A stretch of DNA of 64,000 bases, taken from assembly GCA_002633005.1 (NCBI GenBank), contig NMRA01000432.1, positions 290,674 through 354,673 of the forward strand. The letters are read 5' to 3'. Below, piece by piece: positions 35,401 to 50,400 of the stretch; position 1 is the first letter of the stretch, and each line of letters starts with the position of its first letter. This stretch comes from Phoronis australis. Taxonomy: Eukaryota > Animalia > Phoronida. Below the pieces are notes generated by a model. It ran no database searches, was not told the origin of the DNA, and saw only the letters and a list, made by a program, of their open reading frames with translations. Position numbers and translations under genes: made by a program.

Positions 35401-38400
35401 GCTTATTAACACGCAAAATCAGTCCAGGATCACCTGTGGTTGACTTGCAGACAAACTGTTCAGTAATTTCAGAATATTTGTGAGAAAAACATCAACAATC
35501 TTCAAGCTATTTCTCCAACTGCTCATTCCTGACGCCATTTTAGTTTGAATTCAGAAATCTGGTTCAACTGAAATTTCTACAGTTACAGCCAATCAGGGTG
35601 TTTGTTTATCTCAGATTCTCACTGAATTCTCACTCCAATTTTGGCAAGTCCAAATTCTCATTCAATTCTCACTCAGATTTTTCCTAAGTCTGAAATTCTC
35701 ACTGATTCTCACTCAGAATTTTTCTAAGACCAAAATTCTCACTGGATTCTCACTGTTACATAACATTTTCTCACTTATTCTCACTGACTGCCCCTGTTGT
35801 TCAATTCCCACTGGGTTCTCACTGGCATTTCTAACTATAATTTGTGATTTAGTGAGAATCTAACTGGAATCTAACTGGAATCCAGTGAGATTCTCACTTT
35901 CTTTTTCGTATGGGAACATATAGTTTACATACATCAAACCCATCCATAGTTATCAGTTGTACAAACAGCTCCAATAACAAATCGTTTGACAATCATTTTC
36001 AATTGATATTTGTTTGGATGAGTTTGTGATTCAAATAAAATTTTTGCACGATTCTTTTTTGTGAAACATGAAATTATTGAAGTTCATGACAGACTCCAAC
36101 GGTTTGTACGTATGACTGTCCTCATTTTAAAGTCACATGATACAGTGGGCTTTACATCCTTACCATTGGGACTGGTGTTGTTTATTCTCATGTGCCTGGT
36201 AATAGGTGGCACGCCTGACACATGTGTACCAAACCTATAATAGGAAGTTGTTGATATCCAATCAGATCTACAGTAGAAACTGGCCAATACAATTATAGTA
36301 GAATCATGCTAGAAAAGCACACAAGATATCTAAATTCGAAGAAGTTTTACAGGCTGCATTACATCAGGGTCGGTTACTAACAAATTCTATTTGAGACTTG
36401 ACTCCAGAATTGACCAATCATGTGGCTCACATCAAATATACACAGAATTTAGGCAATGTGATTAATGGTCAGTTCTTGTCCATGGGTCCTGAGTGAGTTA
36501 TGCTGCAGGCATCAAATTTTTCTCAGAGGTCACCATTAGAATGAAAGTTGCATTAATGTGACGCTTATTGTAATTTGTCTAGTCGTGCCCTCAAAATTAT
36601 CTAAAAACAACATTAAATATAAGTGATTTAAAATTTGTGGCATATCCTGCATCTACCCACCTCAGCACAGGCTGTGCATTTCCTTGAGTAGCTGTCATTT
36701 GGAACACCAGAGGGCAGCCTTCCACAGTCATCTCTACAGGAATCTTGACTATGTCTTGATTTTCCACCTTGACAAAGAAATGGTAGCAAAACAATAGGTT
36801 GAAAACCTAGTGAAGATGGCTATAACTGAGAATGAGAAAATACAAAACGGTAACTTTTCAAAGCAACAGAAGTTAATTCATTCCACAAAGAAGCACGAAC
36901 ACAATTAGTGAGTTGAGAGAAAATAGTTATTACCGTATTGCTGCACATTTAGGCCCACTGACCTTTATCCGAAATCCTTTTTACCCATTAAAGTGGTTTG
37001 CATATTGGCACATGCACCTAACTTTCGCATATAAGCCCAGGTAATGCCCCATGCATAGGCCCTTTTCATTAATTTGCATATAGAGGAACACAATTTGACT
37101 ACCGCTAATGGCAGTTGTTCACGTTTGCCTATGTATCTTTGCAATTCCTCGTGCATTTTCAAGAAATTTAAACAGTTTTGTATTACCGCATTGACATGCC
37201 TTTAGGCCCAATGGGCCTACATCCAAAATAATGCCCTATTTTCGGCCCTTTTTAACACAAGTAATTTGCACATAAGCTCAGTTCTGCACAGGTGCCCATG
37301 GGCCTAAAGGCACAGCAATATGGTACTATGCATTGCTATAGAAGTTCAGAAAAATGATGTCCACATTTGAGAGCAGCACTGTCGCCTGGTGAGTATTTCC
37401 TTACCTCACTGCGTAGAAGACCATAATAGCTACATGCAATTATTACTAGTACATAACACATGGTACTTACCCTACACAAGAGGGTGTCTGTGTAGCGCCC
37501 CCACATGTCTGAGTATGAAGTGATTTCCACTACCTCTTCACTGAATGGATAGAGTATGCCACTAGATGGCTCCACTGTAAATGCTGCACCTTTTCCTCGC
37601 TTTAACATCATTGCACACATCTCTGGAACAAAAACATTCGAAATCGTTAATGATTGTCCAAAATGAAATTAGCAATAATAGAATGAATAGAAATTTTAAA
37701 CACTCAAAAATGCAAATTGATGAGTCAGAGTATAGTCATTTTAATCAACATTCTTTTTAACATTGACAGTGTAATCCTTCATCAAATTATGAATTTCAAA
37801 ATTAATGCACAACAGACAATTAAAAGTTTATGAATTAAACTGTCCAACAGAATAACATACAAGTCAAGTACAAAGTAAACTAACCTGCATGAGCCCGGCT
37901 TGACGATTTACTAAGTGGATCTGCCAAGTTTGGTGTTTTACCCAGAATTGATCTTCTTTGGCTGAAATTCCCAAATTATGCCACTTCATGCTCATTGATT
38001 ACGTTTTTTTTTTCAAATGCTTCGATATCTAACATTTACATGCATTTCTGTGAAACAATGATTTTAAACTTCAAAAGGTATTTAAGAAGACTCAACAACA
38101 CAGACATATTTTGCAAAGGACCAAAATGGAGTATTTGTTGCACAAAGTCTCATCCGTGACAGCCATACTTTGGGCCTGAGCCATGAACTCAAGGAACACA
38201 CCTGAGAAAAGTACATCTAAACCTTGTAGATCCAACTGATAATGAATAACTTTACTGTACCTCTTAGTAGGTGTTGAACCTTTTTCTTTGCCTGGAGGTG
38301 ATGGTGGCCTAGCAGAGAAATGTTCCACGGAGACATTGAATGGCGCAGTAATAGCAGAATTGTTACGGATGCATAGGTAGCGTTTTACATTGGCGCCGAG

Positions 38401-41400
38401 TTGAACACAGTCCCCAAGGTTCACTTTGAGTTCAGGAGCAACCCTAAACAAATCAATAGAACACAGTTCAAACAGACTGCAAAAAACTAGTTTTTGTATC
38501 AAACAAAAATAATTCATGACGTTTGACAGGCCTACAAAGACGGTTGCAAATATTTCAATGTCAAGAACTGCAGGTATTACTCACTGTATGATACTTTTAC
38601 TTCAATATCATTGATACTGTTGTTTACCATTTCATACAATCATCAGTGTATCCTTCCCAATGTCACTAAAATTGAACCTTTTTGTGAAAAGGACAAACAA
38701 ATAAATATTCAATAAACACTGACAAGAATTTTGTTGTCAAAGACATACATAGTCCTGAGCTGGTCTAGACACACTCTGTAATCAACTGAGAGTCCCTTGA
38801 CATCACAAAACAGAGCCAGAGCCAGAGACGTGTCCATTCCATCAATAACACAGGGAATGCGCACGTCTTTTACTTCAATCTACAAGGAGAAAAACATGAT
38901 TAGAATACTATGGGCACAGCAGTTTCAAAAATTTTCTGAATTCTTTTTGATATAGTCATCACAATTACCATTCAGTTTATAAGCCAAGTCTAGGAAATAC
39001 CACACTCTATGAGACCCTCTTTCTCAATTGTTTTAACCACGTGCCTTTAAATTCTATTATCAGTTAACACCATGCAATAAACAGTGTTGTTAAAACTACC
39101 ACGTTGCAAGAGAATTAAACTATTTAGATACCTTTAAGACAAAATCATTCTGATAGCAAAGTAACAGCTTCCATAATGCAACCTAAATACCACAGACATT
39201 ATTTAAGCTGGAGTTTTCTCCTAAATGTAAGACATGGAATAGTAAGTTGAAATAATCTTTGTTGAATTATCAACAGGTGTCAGGCCATACCTAACCCTGA
39301 ATACAAAGGGGGTTGCTAGTTCCATGCAATCAGTTTCAAGCGCTTTGCAGAAGCCTGCCAATGAAGCCCTCAGTACTCCACTAGATGATTTGCATCATAT
39401 GCTTACCGTCTCGTGGGCAGTGAAATTGACCAAAATCTCCCTCTGTTCCCTAGGTCCCAGCTCTCCCTGGTTGGGCTCCACGGTCAGAGTGCACATGCCA
39501 GCGTGTGCACCTATCGGCTCAAGCAGCTTGAACTTTGTAGGTATCCTTGTCTGATTGGCCAATGTTACTTTGTACTGTGTTGGAACATCCAGGTATACAT
39601 CGGTCATCTCCAGATGGGTCTTGAGAAAACAGGCCTTGGGCAACTGAACCTCACCTCTAGCAGAGATGTGGCTGGAAAACAAGTGAATGGATTTGGAGAT
39701 GAAGGAATCAGTGAGTTAGACATAATTATTGCACTTTGACAAATAGTTGGTGATCAAGAAAGTCAAGTATAATTAAACCTTATTTTTAAAGCTATAAAGA
39801 CTTAAATCAGTCTTAGTTAAGTTACAGGGTGATAGTTTTTGATAGAGCTTATTTTTCTTACTACAATCTTGCACATGAAATCCTGTAGCAGTACACAAGT
39901 CTTGATCACGCTGCTGAATGAAACACTAACAACAGCATGTCAATGTTGATATACAAATGTCAGTTTTACCCAAATCAAGACATATAATCATGGAACAATC
40001 CAGGCTTCATGCCATCGTTTGTTCATTTCAATGGCAACAAAATAACTGATCAGGCTTGAATATTTATCAAAATTGTCTTTATTCTAAAGTATTTAAATCA
40101 GTTGAACCACTTTGCCTCATAACCCACTTTTTCCCATAAATTCAACAAAATGAGAAGACCTCTACGTCAGTTTGTCATTTTAAAATACTCACCTCACATT
40201 GCCTTGCTCAACTTGGAGCTCAAACACTGATCGCATGGAGCGACACCTTGTGGGCATGAACTTCACCAATATGTCCATCACCTCCAAGGGTTTGAGATCA
40301 CCAGAAGATGGCAGGAAGGCAAACTCACAGTCCTCCTGCAAGTATGAGCAAAGTGAAATAAACCAAACCTTCTACACTTGTGTGATATTGTGGAAGATCA
40401 GCTCTTGTTTATAAGATAATTAAACAAGTCAATAAGATATCAAAATGCTTGAAGAGTTGCAGCACATAACCCTAATTTGTAGCAAAAGCACATAATTCTA
40501 TTATTTACTGAAAATATAATTCCAAAAACTGTTCAGCTTAAAAATGATATTAACACTGATTGCTATATAACAGTTTTAGTAACTAAATATCAGTGGTATT
40601 GGTGTTGTATTGAAAAAACAATGAGTAAGACGAGCAACAACATGCCCAAGCCTTAAAAACTTGAGTAGAATTATCAAAAAAGCGTTACAAAATTAATGAA
40701 GAGCATTGTAAAAATTTATCTAAGGATAAAATAGTTAACAGTTAATACGCCAAAGAGATTTTCATTGCAATTTTTACAATGTAGATGCATCAACTCACTG
40801 AAGAAATCTGTTCCTTCTTCTCAGTCGAAAACTCTTGGCTTTCTCTGATCATCCATTTAGCAGGTATCTGACAATTGTTGCGTATAAACACATGCTGAAC
40901 ACTGGTCTCGCCCAAGGATACAAGGTCGAAGTTCACGTCAGAATTGTCAATGGTGATTTCTGGTCCCTTGGAGAAAAATAATTCTAATTATTTGAGGAAT
41001 CGACTTTGACAAGCAAGTTTCACCAAGATTATGTTTCAAATTACTGATGGAACAAGCATGATAAAGCTCTCACGTTTTAATTACGACAATTGAAATCTTT
41101 ATATTTTCTGAAAGCAGAATTTTTGACACGGTCAAATTACAAATAAGATAAAAATGTTCAAGATAAAATCTTATAAACACTGCAGTTTCCTAAACTTTCA
41201 TTTTGTTTATGTTTTACACAACTTTGAATGAATTTTTCAGCATCATTATCCAATACCCATTAATCGATAACCACCCATGCAAAAGTGGAACATTTTACAA
41301 ACAATTTCTGGAGATTGGTGCATACAGCTTAGTACCTGTAAGTTTCATAAAGCCTTATTTCAGACATGATGTTCTGAAGTTAGTCAAATTGGGACATTTT

Positions 41401-44400
41401 TCTAGTCCTACAAAACTGTAACACCGGTCCCATATTTTGTTGTATGCTCAAACCCCATCTATGCAGTCACGACAGGTCCACCATCCTCTTTGTGTGAAAC
41501 ATTACACACGGTGTACATGGCTGAGAGAAACAAACAGTGCATTGTCTGTATCCAGGTCATGTTTTATGTGTTGCTTCTTACATGAGATGTAATTTACAAG
41601 CAACAACTAATAGGTGTAAACTAAGTAACCTATTTGTCTGACTAAATACCAGCCCACAGTCAAAAAACCCTTTTGTACGTTCTCACTTAACTTCCAACTC
41701 CTGATTTTCGAGTCACTTAATTTACGTGCCACGGTCATTAAGTAAAATTTACAGTCTGAAACTATAGTTATGCACAATAAGAAAAATTTTTGTTTAATAT
41801 GATACAACTTTGGTTCCGAAACACCTAATTTTAGTTCATTGCAATTAGGATTTTGAATAATGTATGTTAGTTTGGAATCAAAATTGCATCAGTTACCAAA
41901 CTTTACCTAAAGGAGAAACTGGCAGCTAAACATACAACAAGGACAACACTACCCTGACAGTCTAGCTTGCATCCAGAAAGGTGCATTTTGTTGACATGCA
42001 ACGAATGAGACTCACCTTGATATCAGCCTTCACTTGAAGAGTTAGAGGCTCCTCCAGATGGTCTATATGACACAGCAGTGTCTTGTCTATTTTACCTGGC
42101 TCTGATCCAGTGATACTGAGTTGAAACTGCAGTTGGCACCCTGGTACTGAAAATGAAGAAAAATAAGCATTAGACACATAATTTTATTAAAAAGGCAGAA
42201 ACAAAACACAACATTACAAATCAATATCTTTCATGTTAAATATCATTTAACCACATTTTAAGAGTGATTAAGAGTTAGAACACATAGATGAAATTGGAAG
42301 CTCTAAACTAAAGCATTTCTGATCTGTCAAACATTTGCCTTAACTCATGACCAAGATATGCAATTCTTACACAACTCTCCTATAGGGGGTTCCACCTCCA
42401 AGATGTGATTATCAGTGTCTGTGTTCCACCTAAAAACCACGGGAGACAGACTGTTGTTGGACATCTGAAAGAGAGTGAATAAGGTGTGAAAATTGCCATA
42501 GTCCTGAAACAAAAACACCATCACTTTGAAGATATTTACACACAGTTCAACACATAAGTCAAGCACTTGTTTCTTCACGTGCTTATGTACGTCACTATCT
42601 CCGCATAGCCTAATTATTATCATCGATGTGATGCATGCAAAAATTAATGTATAATTCCATTCAATGACTTTACCAGACTTAAGCCGGTTGTGAGCGTGTG
42701 ATAACATCTGTCTCCTTTATTAACTGCCCAGCACAGTCTTTTGTCTGGTACGACAACGTACTGTTATTTAACTCAGAAATGTCACCCATTTTGAGCAGTA
42801 GGTCAGTCACGCTCAATTTTTCTACCTAATCATCTAAAGACTAGAGTTCAATCAAGGATGGACTAAGTACAATATGGAAAAAGTTTCTGCATTGTAGCTG
42901 CCCTGCTGTGACACTCACCACAAAATCTTTACGTATCGTAGTACCCATCAGGAGCTGTCCAGGTACAAGCATAGCATATGGCTGGAGCACAACGCTGAAT
43001 GGTTCACTTTCACCTTTGACCTCTATTTCTAGAGCTGTCACATCAGCGCATACCGAACCTAGTAAATGAGGAAGAAAGGGAAAAAACATTTGACAAGATA
43101 TACCGAGAGGACGGTAGGTTAACATGCATGTTTGTGTTAGTGTACATTCATGACTTTCAAAAAGGTTAAAAAATAGTATAGCTAAGTATACCTCTTGATG
43201 ATAGAGAAGAATAGAAATGAGCAAAAATTTAATGAAATGTGTAAACAGCTAACTTCAAGTTCATTTCCACTTTAATTTACGCATGACAAATCCACCGTAA
43301 ACCCAAGACATTATAAAGACTTATTTGCTAGCCAGTGAGGAATGACACAATACTTTACAGCACAAAAACAACCATATCTTAATTTGACTTTGTTAAGTTC
43401 ATTTCTTAGAATCTGCACCAAACATTGTAAGATTTTTGTCATACAATGCAACTAAGGCAGTCAAAAAGGGGGGTGATGTATAATGTGGTTGCATACTCAC
43501 CGTTACATTTATCGTATGATCATTATACAGCAGAACAAGGTTTTGGAAGGCAAATGTGTTACAACAGTCATGACGTAACTAATAGTTGTCATTAACGTGT
43601 AACACTTGCAGTGCTTATGAATGATATCTGTGTAACTGTGATGTCTCGAACCAACAAAATTGTAAAAGATGCTCCAAGATGATCCATACATTGTGCACCA
43701 GTCATACAAAACAACTGTTTGACAACTCTAGTCCCACAGATGACCCATAAATCATGCGCCAGTCATACAAAACAACTGTATGACAACTCTTAGGTTCCAC
43801 AGATGACCCATACATCATGCGCCAGTCATAAAGACAACTGTATGACAACTCTAGTCCCAACGATGGCCCATACATCATGCGCCAGTCATACAAAACAACT
43901 GTATGACAACTCTTATCCCACAGATGACACAGTCATACAACAATAGGGCAAAGCAAGGTCATCCAACAATTTTATAAATATGTCTATGTCTAAAAGCCTC
44001 TCAAATCCCACAGTTTAGCCTAAGGCAACTGTAGACATGTCCTATATCTGCTGCAGGGTTTAATAACAAAGGACTTTAGACTGCCTCACCTGTTGTGGAT
44101 GAAACTGCTGGACTGTACAAGTTGTTGTTATTCAAGTTCTTAACTTCCGGAATGTTTTCCAACACCAGGTGTAGACAGCTGTGGAATTTCTTCACCTGTA
44201 ACACACACCTCGTATTACACTGTTATCTTTCAAGTACCATTTCACAAAATACACAACATACAATCTTGGAATTAGATCACGAGAATCTCTTCTGAGAAAC
44301 TTTTCTATTTTAAAAACTTGTATTTTGACATTTGGATATTTTTTCATTTATAACTTTCTTTTATCTTTCAGGTGCCAAACACAGCACAATTGTGTTTTTG

Positions 44401-47400
44401 CACTGTCTATTTAATGCTAGTGCATTTTTCTTATTATGTTAATTTTTTACTGTCATCTATCATTGCTCTATATTTTTCAAAAGTGCTGCGCAATGAGTTC
44501 TACCGTTCATATGATTTTGTAATGATAAGTAAAAGTAATGACAAGTAAAAGTAATGACAAGTAAAAGTAATGACAAGTAAAAGTAATGACAAGTAAAAGT
44601 AATGACAAGAAAAAATAATGACAAGTAAAAGTAATGACAAGTAAAAGCAATGATAAGTAAAAGTAATGACAAGTAAAAGCAATGATAAGTAAAAGTAATA
44701 AGTAAAAGTAATGATAAGTAAAAGTAATGATAAGTAAAAGTAATGAATCATAGTGAAAGGAAATACAAAATTGCAGAACTTGACACTCATAGTGAGAGTC
44801 TCTTCGACAAAATATGTCCATCAAAGTGAAATTGTGAGTGTCATACCTCAGGTGGGGCAAATGTCACTTTGAAATGCGACGACGATCCAGCTTGCAAGAT
44901 ACCACTTGCTGGCTCCACGGAGAAAGGGGAGTCAGCATCTAGCACTCTGTTTTCTGGTAGCTCAGACTGGCCATCATCAAGTTTGGGGTATTGGAGGTGG
45001 GGCTTGATCACGTTCCAGTGGAAAGGAAGGTCGACAAGCCTGAAGCATGTTCACATTTCATGGCTAAGCAGTGGTCAGACAATATTCTCAAAATTATAAA
45101 AATCAATTTTGAAAAAAAGTAATTATGACAAAAGATTTCTACATAGCTGCTAATTCTCAAAATAAATTCTACATAGCTGCTAATTCTCAAAATAAATTCT
45201 ACATAGCTGCTAATTCTCAAAATAAATTCTAAATAGCTGCTAATTCTCTAAATAAATTCTACATAGCTGCTAATTCTCAAATTTCCACACAGCTGCTAAT
45301 GCTCAAAACTTTACCAAATGTTTTTGGAAACAACTGTGCTATGCAAAGCAAGCTAAAAGTAAAGATTGATGACAAGTTATTTTGTTGAGAAATTTGACAA
45401 AAAATCATTTGTCAGACATACAGTGTCCCAAACTGGAAAATGTAAACGTAACTGAGGGGCAAGGTTACTAGCAACAGTTTTTGAAGAAACATTTGCTTAG
45501 CATCATTTCAATATGAGTGGTAGTCTTGAGTAACTTCTTCTCAAAACTACTGTAATGAGATATCCGTTTTTAAGCTTTTAAGCTGATATCTCTGTGTCTA
45601 GTTACTTTAATTTTTAAATGAAAGTATCAAGACACAGACAGCAGGACCTAGTAGTCTGGTACAAAGGCATTTGGCATAGAATCCAGCATTTTTTCATGCA
45701 ATCGAGACAGTCGGAGGAATAGGTTTACAAATTAGTAAATGGAAAAGGGGTTGACTTTGTTCTTCCAACTGGCACATACCCTGCAAAGCCTACAATTATT
45801 TTTTTCTACTTTTAAGAATATTGTCATTATTTTTCTATCAATCATTTAATGATTTAAGTACTGAGATTGTGCAGAAGAGAAACATAATGCTGAAAATCAA
45901 AAGAGGATTTTGGGAGATCTTGCATTGGCAAAACAAAACCAGGTAATAATTTAACCGTTAAAGAAAAGATATTTTATTGCCTAGAAACTGTGCCTCTTTG
46001 CACTTATTAAAAAAGCTTTCCAAAACACAACAACAGCGCAACAAGACCGTCTTCCACCACAAAAACCAATTATGTTATGAGATTAATGTCAAATTACTAC
46101 GCACTCAAAATTAGGTGATTTTAGGGTTTTCAAGGAGCTGCCAGTTCATTATTGCTAGAGACTATGCTCTATATCATACGTTTTGTCGACATGTCATGTT
46201 GTGCACTGAGCATGGTCTCAAGAAATAATGAACTGACAGTTACTTGCAAAACCCAACATCGTTTCTAATGTTTGGAACAATCAAGTTTATCTCCACTTTA
46301 AAATCTTACGTTTTGTTGGTGATGACCATATTTTTTTGCATGTAGGTGTAGGGATTAAGATTGGGAAATCTGATGAGTTGCGCAGCGCCCACGTCACTCA
46401 TCTCTCCGGGAAGGGGATCAGATGTACCACCCTCAACAGTGGTTAGTTCAACACAGGCAGTCTGGCCTTCACCTAGAAAAAAGATGTTGAGTTAAGCAAA
46501 AACCATTTTTATACACTGGCATAATCAAACTCATCATTCCAAGTAAAATTGTTTTTGCTTCATGAAACTTTTGAGTTTTTTTATTAAAATTATTTTTTAT
46601 GGCACTAATGAAAAACTGAAGCATTTTATCAACAATTTCTAATAGAGTTGTGGAGAGCAGCGCATACATCACGAACACACATTTCTGAGATCAAGTTTGC
46701 CAAAAATCTGCAATTTTTCAAGAGATATTATAACAACCTTAAAGGCGGTAACATAATGCCATGGTCATGATTTTAACAACTACTGTAAGTGAAATTCTGC
46801 ACTCATTGAAGATTTAGTTACGTACCAGTAAGTGTGAAGTATTGAACATGACAGTTATCACAGACCATGGTGAACTCTTGAGAAAACTGCTTCACAGCAT
46901 CTGGAGAAAACTTGACCTCAATCATAGTTGACTGGTTGTGCTGCAGTTCAAACACAGGAGGGCAGACATCAAAGGGTTCAAGGGAGACGACTCCAGCTTG
47001 TACTGCACCCTGTAAAAACACCACAAATGTTTGAAATACTTTAATCTGTACTAGTAAGTGTTAATGCAGAAAACATGATAATAAACAGCATCATTTTACC
47101 TTTCTTCACAGGTACATTAATTTTCTCTTCAAAATAAATGTCCTCCCGCACATATGGCAGACATGACTCCAACAGCTGTAGACACGTTAGAGTCCATGAG
47201 CCATAATTTGTGAGGCCGTGTTTGTGACCCAGTGAGTTTTAAGGTCTACGAGCACTGTTCTTAAGTATATGAGCAGATACCACAACTCAGAATTCATGAC
47301 AATTTCATGACAATTGGATTATATACATTGAAAACAAAAAAACACTTATTCATACTGAATCAAACTGAATGTCAATTAATCTCAAGAAGACAATAAAGGT

Positions 47401-50400
47401 ATTTAAAAAAGATTTCACTTAATCTACCTTAAAGCTTGTTGAGGGCCAGATTCTCTTGTCAATCAAACAGAATCGCCCTGCACCTCCAGCATTGTGTATG
47501 GGAAACTGAGCGATTTTAACGCCCCCTACCAGGCACTGGCCAACATCAACTGTAGGTGGCACTGAAATGGTTGGAATGCGTTGATAAATTGATGGCAAGG
47601 CCAGACAACAAGGCAAAATCACATGACAACATATTTTTCAAGAAAATGAATTTTTTCCACAAGATGATATTCCATTGATTACATTTCAATATAGGCACGA
47701 ATGAACCATGTTTTTGTATTTATATTATTTTCTAAATTCTATAATATAGTCACACTAACACCTCTGAATGTGCAAGTGCAGTGTAAGGAGTACATTAAAC
47801 CAAATAAGCTTCATGACTAAGGTTGAAAAACCAGAGACAGTAGTTAGTAGTAATTCTAAGCAATTAAACCAAACAACTTGGGGATGCAAATTTTTCTTGC
47901 TTCGCAGACGCGTTGACAATTTGTGACATGACAAATAACATGCAGAAATGTGTTTGAGGGGGTGAGTTTCAAATTCAATGTAATGATTATATTAGCACAA
48001 GTCATGAGACTCTTTTGATTTAAATATTATTATAATTTAAACAAGTCCACGAATTTTTAATTTCACACGCCGTGAATAATTTGCTTATGAGGTAAACATT
48101 GGATTTTCTGCTCGTTCAACTTTCTTTGGAGGGGTCTTCACCTGGATCAAAGTGAGTGTGGCACCAGAGACAGACGCAGTGGTGATGACCATATTGTCCA
48201 GTGCGAGCAAGACCCAATTAAGTGTAATTTCCCGGCCATAAAGTGCAGTAAACACCTGTGCCTGTGTATTCTGACTAATTTTAAAATGCATAAACCGATA
48301 ATCTTTGTTAAAAATAAACATTACAGCGGTATTCAGCTGGAAAAAACAACAAAGTATGGTTTTCCATTTTGTAGTATCGATGAAGTAATAACCTAAACCT
48401 ACAAACATTGGTTACGGAGTGAAGATAACGACATTCTTCTGACAAGGCATGTTAAATATTATAAAAAACAAGACTCGTCATGGCGACAAATAATCATGTC
48501 CCAGCATAATAGCCACACAAGTTGTGAGCCTGGGATTTGCTCCTGCAGCCTTACACAAGTGTATGTATATATTCTTTCCTACTTACATGAGAGAATTGGT
48601 GGAGGTCGACGTGCTTCAATTTTCACAACAAGAGGCTGGGATGCCTGCGTTTGAACCAACATGAAGTCGTCATAGTCTCCAAGTGAATCAGGAATGAACC
48701 TTACGCTGTAGCGGCAGCTCATACCAGGAGCCACCAATCCTTGTTCACCAGGAAATTGACCTGTGTGTGAACAGATAAGCGGGTAAATAAGTCAAGTATT
48801 GTGATTCATTCCTACTGGAATGTTACGGTAAATGTGCCTAACTTGGCCCATGTGCTTATATCTGAAATAAAGCATATTATTCAGAAATGTTTGACTCAAG
48901 TGCATGTGATGTCTGTCAAGTCCATTCTTTGTACTTTACATTTAAATAAGAGTTAACCCCACATCAAAATTATGTCAACATCTACTGTCTTGCCAAGCTT
49001 CACTCACATGCCATTTTAAAAATAACGTATTCCTGACAGTCCTTCGTTTTTACTCAAGTGTTCATATGTAGATGCATACATTTGACTGCGATTACAAATG
49101 CAGAATTCACAAACAGTCAACCTAAGTAAGCACAGACATTGTCTGGGAAGAAGTCGAAGGCTATATCACATGGTAAAGTGTTTCAAAAATATCAATTGAG
49201 AGAGAATGTAAAACTGAACGGGAAGACAAGAAAATATAGTTTGGCAAATTCTCTCAAAATTTTTATCAAAAGTCCAAGACAACATTTTTCAACTAGCTGT
49301 TACTTTTGCCGACTGTTTTCAAATACAGATTTGCATGCAACACTGGTAAAGAAACCATAAAAGAACAAAAGCACTATTTGTAAGTATTTGGCATGCTGAT
49401 GCATGGTTGTCACCAAACCTGATGAAAGTTCAGCATTTTCCCGACACAATGCATCCAATAGCATTGGAACATTCAACTTACTGCAAGATGCTATCAAGAG
49501 GGAATACTAACATATAATCATCAACATACCAAGACCAACAGAGAAGTAGGTAGTCTCAGGTGGTATTACTCTGCACTGACGTAATGATGTTGTCACATTC
49601 TTCAATTCCACAGAAAGCTGAAATCAAACATTTTACTTAAAGGCAAATTACAATCAACGTAGCTACACCATAAGAAAAAGACACTACGACAAAACACCAT
49701 TTCCCTGTGATGAAAGCTAATTCCATTAACAGCAAAAATCACTGGTAACAACCATTTTGGTAGCAAAATTCTAATGACAGAATGACCTAGCCATATTACT
49801 AACTTTCTTTTTAATTACCCGGCTTCCTTCTCGGTCATTAGAGATGACAACAATGACAATGAATGAGGTTTCAACCCAGACGTCGTGATGGGGAATTTTA
49901 GGTCATTTTGTCAGAATACCTTTAGCATGTATGGTATTTATCGTAATCTATTTTGCCTGGGGTACGCCACGAGCTATGTTGCAGAGTAAAAAGAGGAGGA
50001 TTGCGAATATTGTTAATAACATTTCCCACGTAAATGTCTGTGACTATCTTAGGTACTTCCTAGTGTGTTTTCTACAAGAGTAATACTCAAAAGCAGAAAC
50101 ATTCTAGATTGATGTTTAACTACTCATTTGTATAAACTTATTAAAATAATGACATACCAAAGAGTAATTAAAATAATTATTGTTACTTGTTGAGATTTCA
50201 TGAAAATGTCCAGGAAACACAAACTACATTGGAGTACATTGTCAGTTGTGTACTCAGGTATCATTGCTACAAGAATCACATCAAATGAATCATTAAATTA
50301 AATAAAATATAAAGCCAATGTAAGACATATGTGACTATTAAAAGCACACTAGATCCAGCCCAATAAGTTTCCAGTATAAAACCAGCCCCATCTCATTCAA

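Noticed and set aside
41450-41520. Exon-like segment after a good minus-strand acceptor
   Set aside because: Has an in-frame stop and no clear donor; the flanking exons already join cleanly (KADIK|GPEITID).
43495-43630. Strong minus-strand donor CG|GTGAGT at ~43500
   Set aside because: Every candidate acceptor tried gives an in-frame stop, and the neighbouring exons join in phase without it.
44460-45220. Hydrophobic repetitive ORFs (LSLLLLVITFTCHYFY; RISSYVEFIL)
   Set aside because: Translations of the 16-bp and 30-bp minisatellites.
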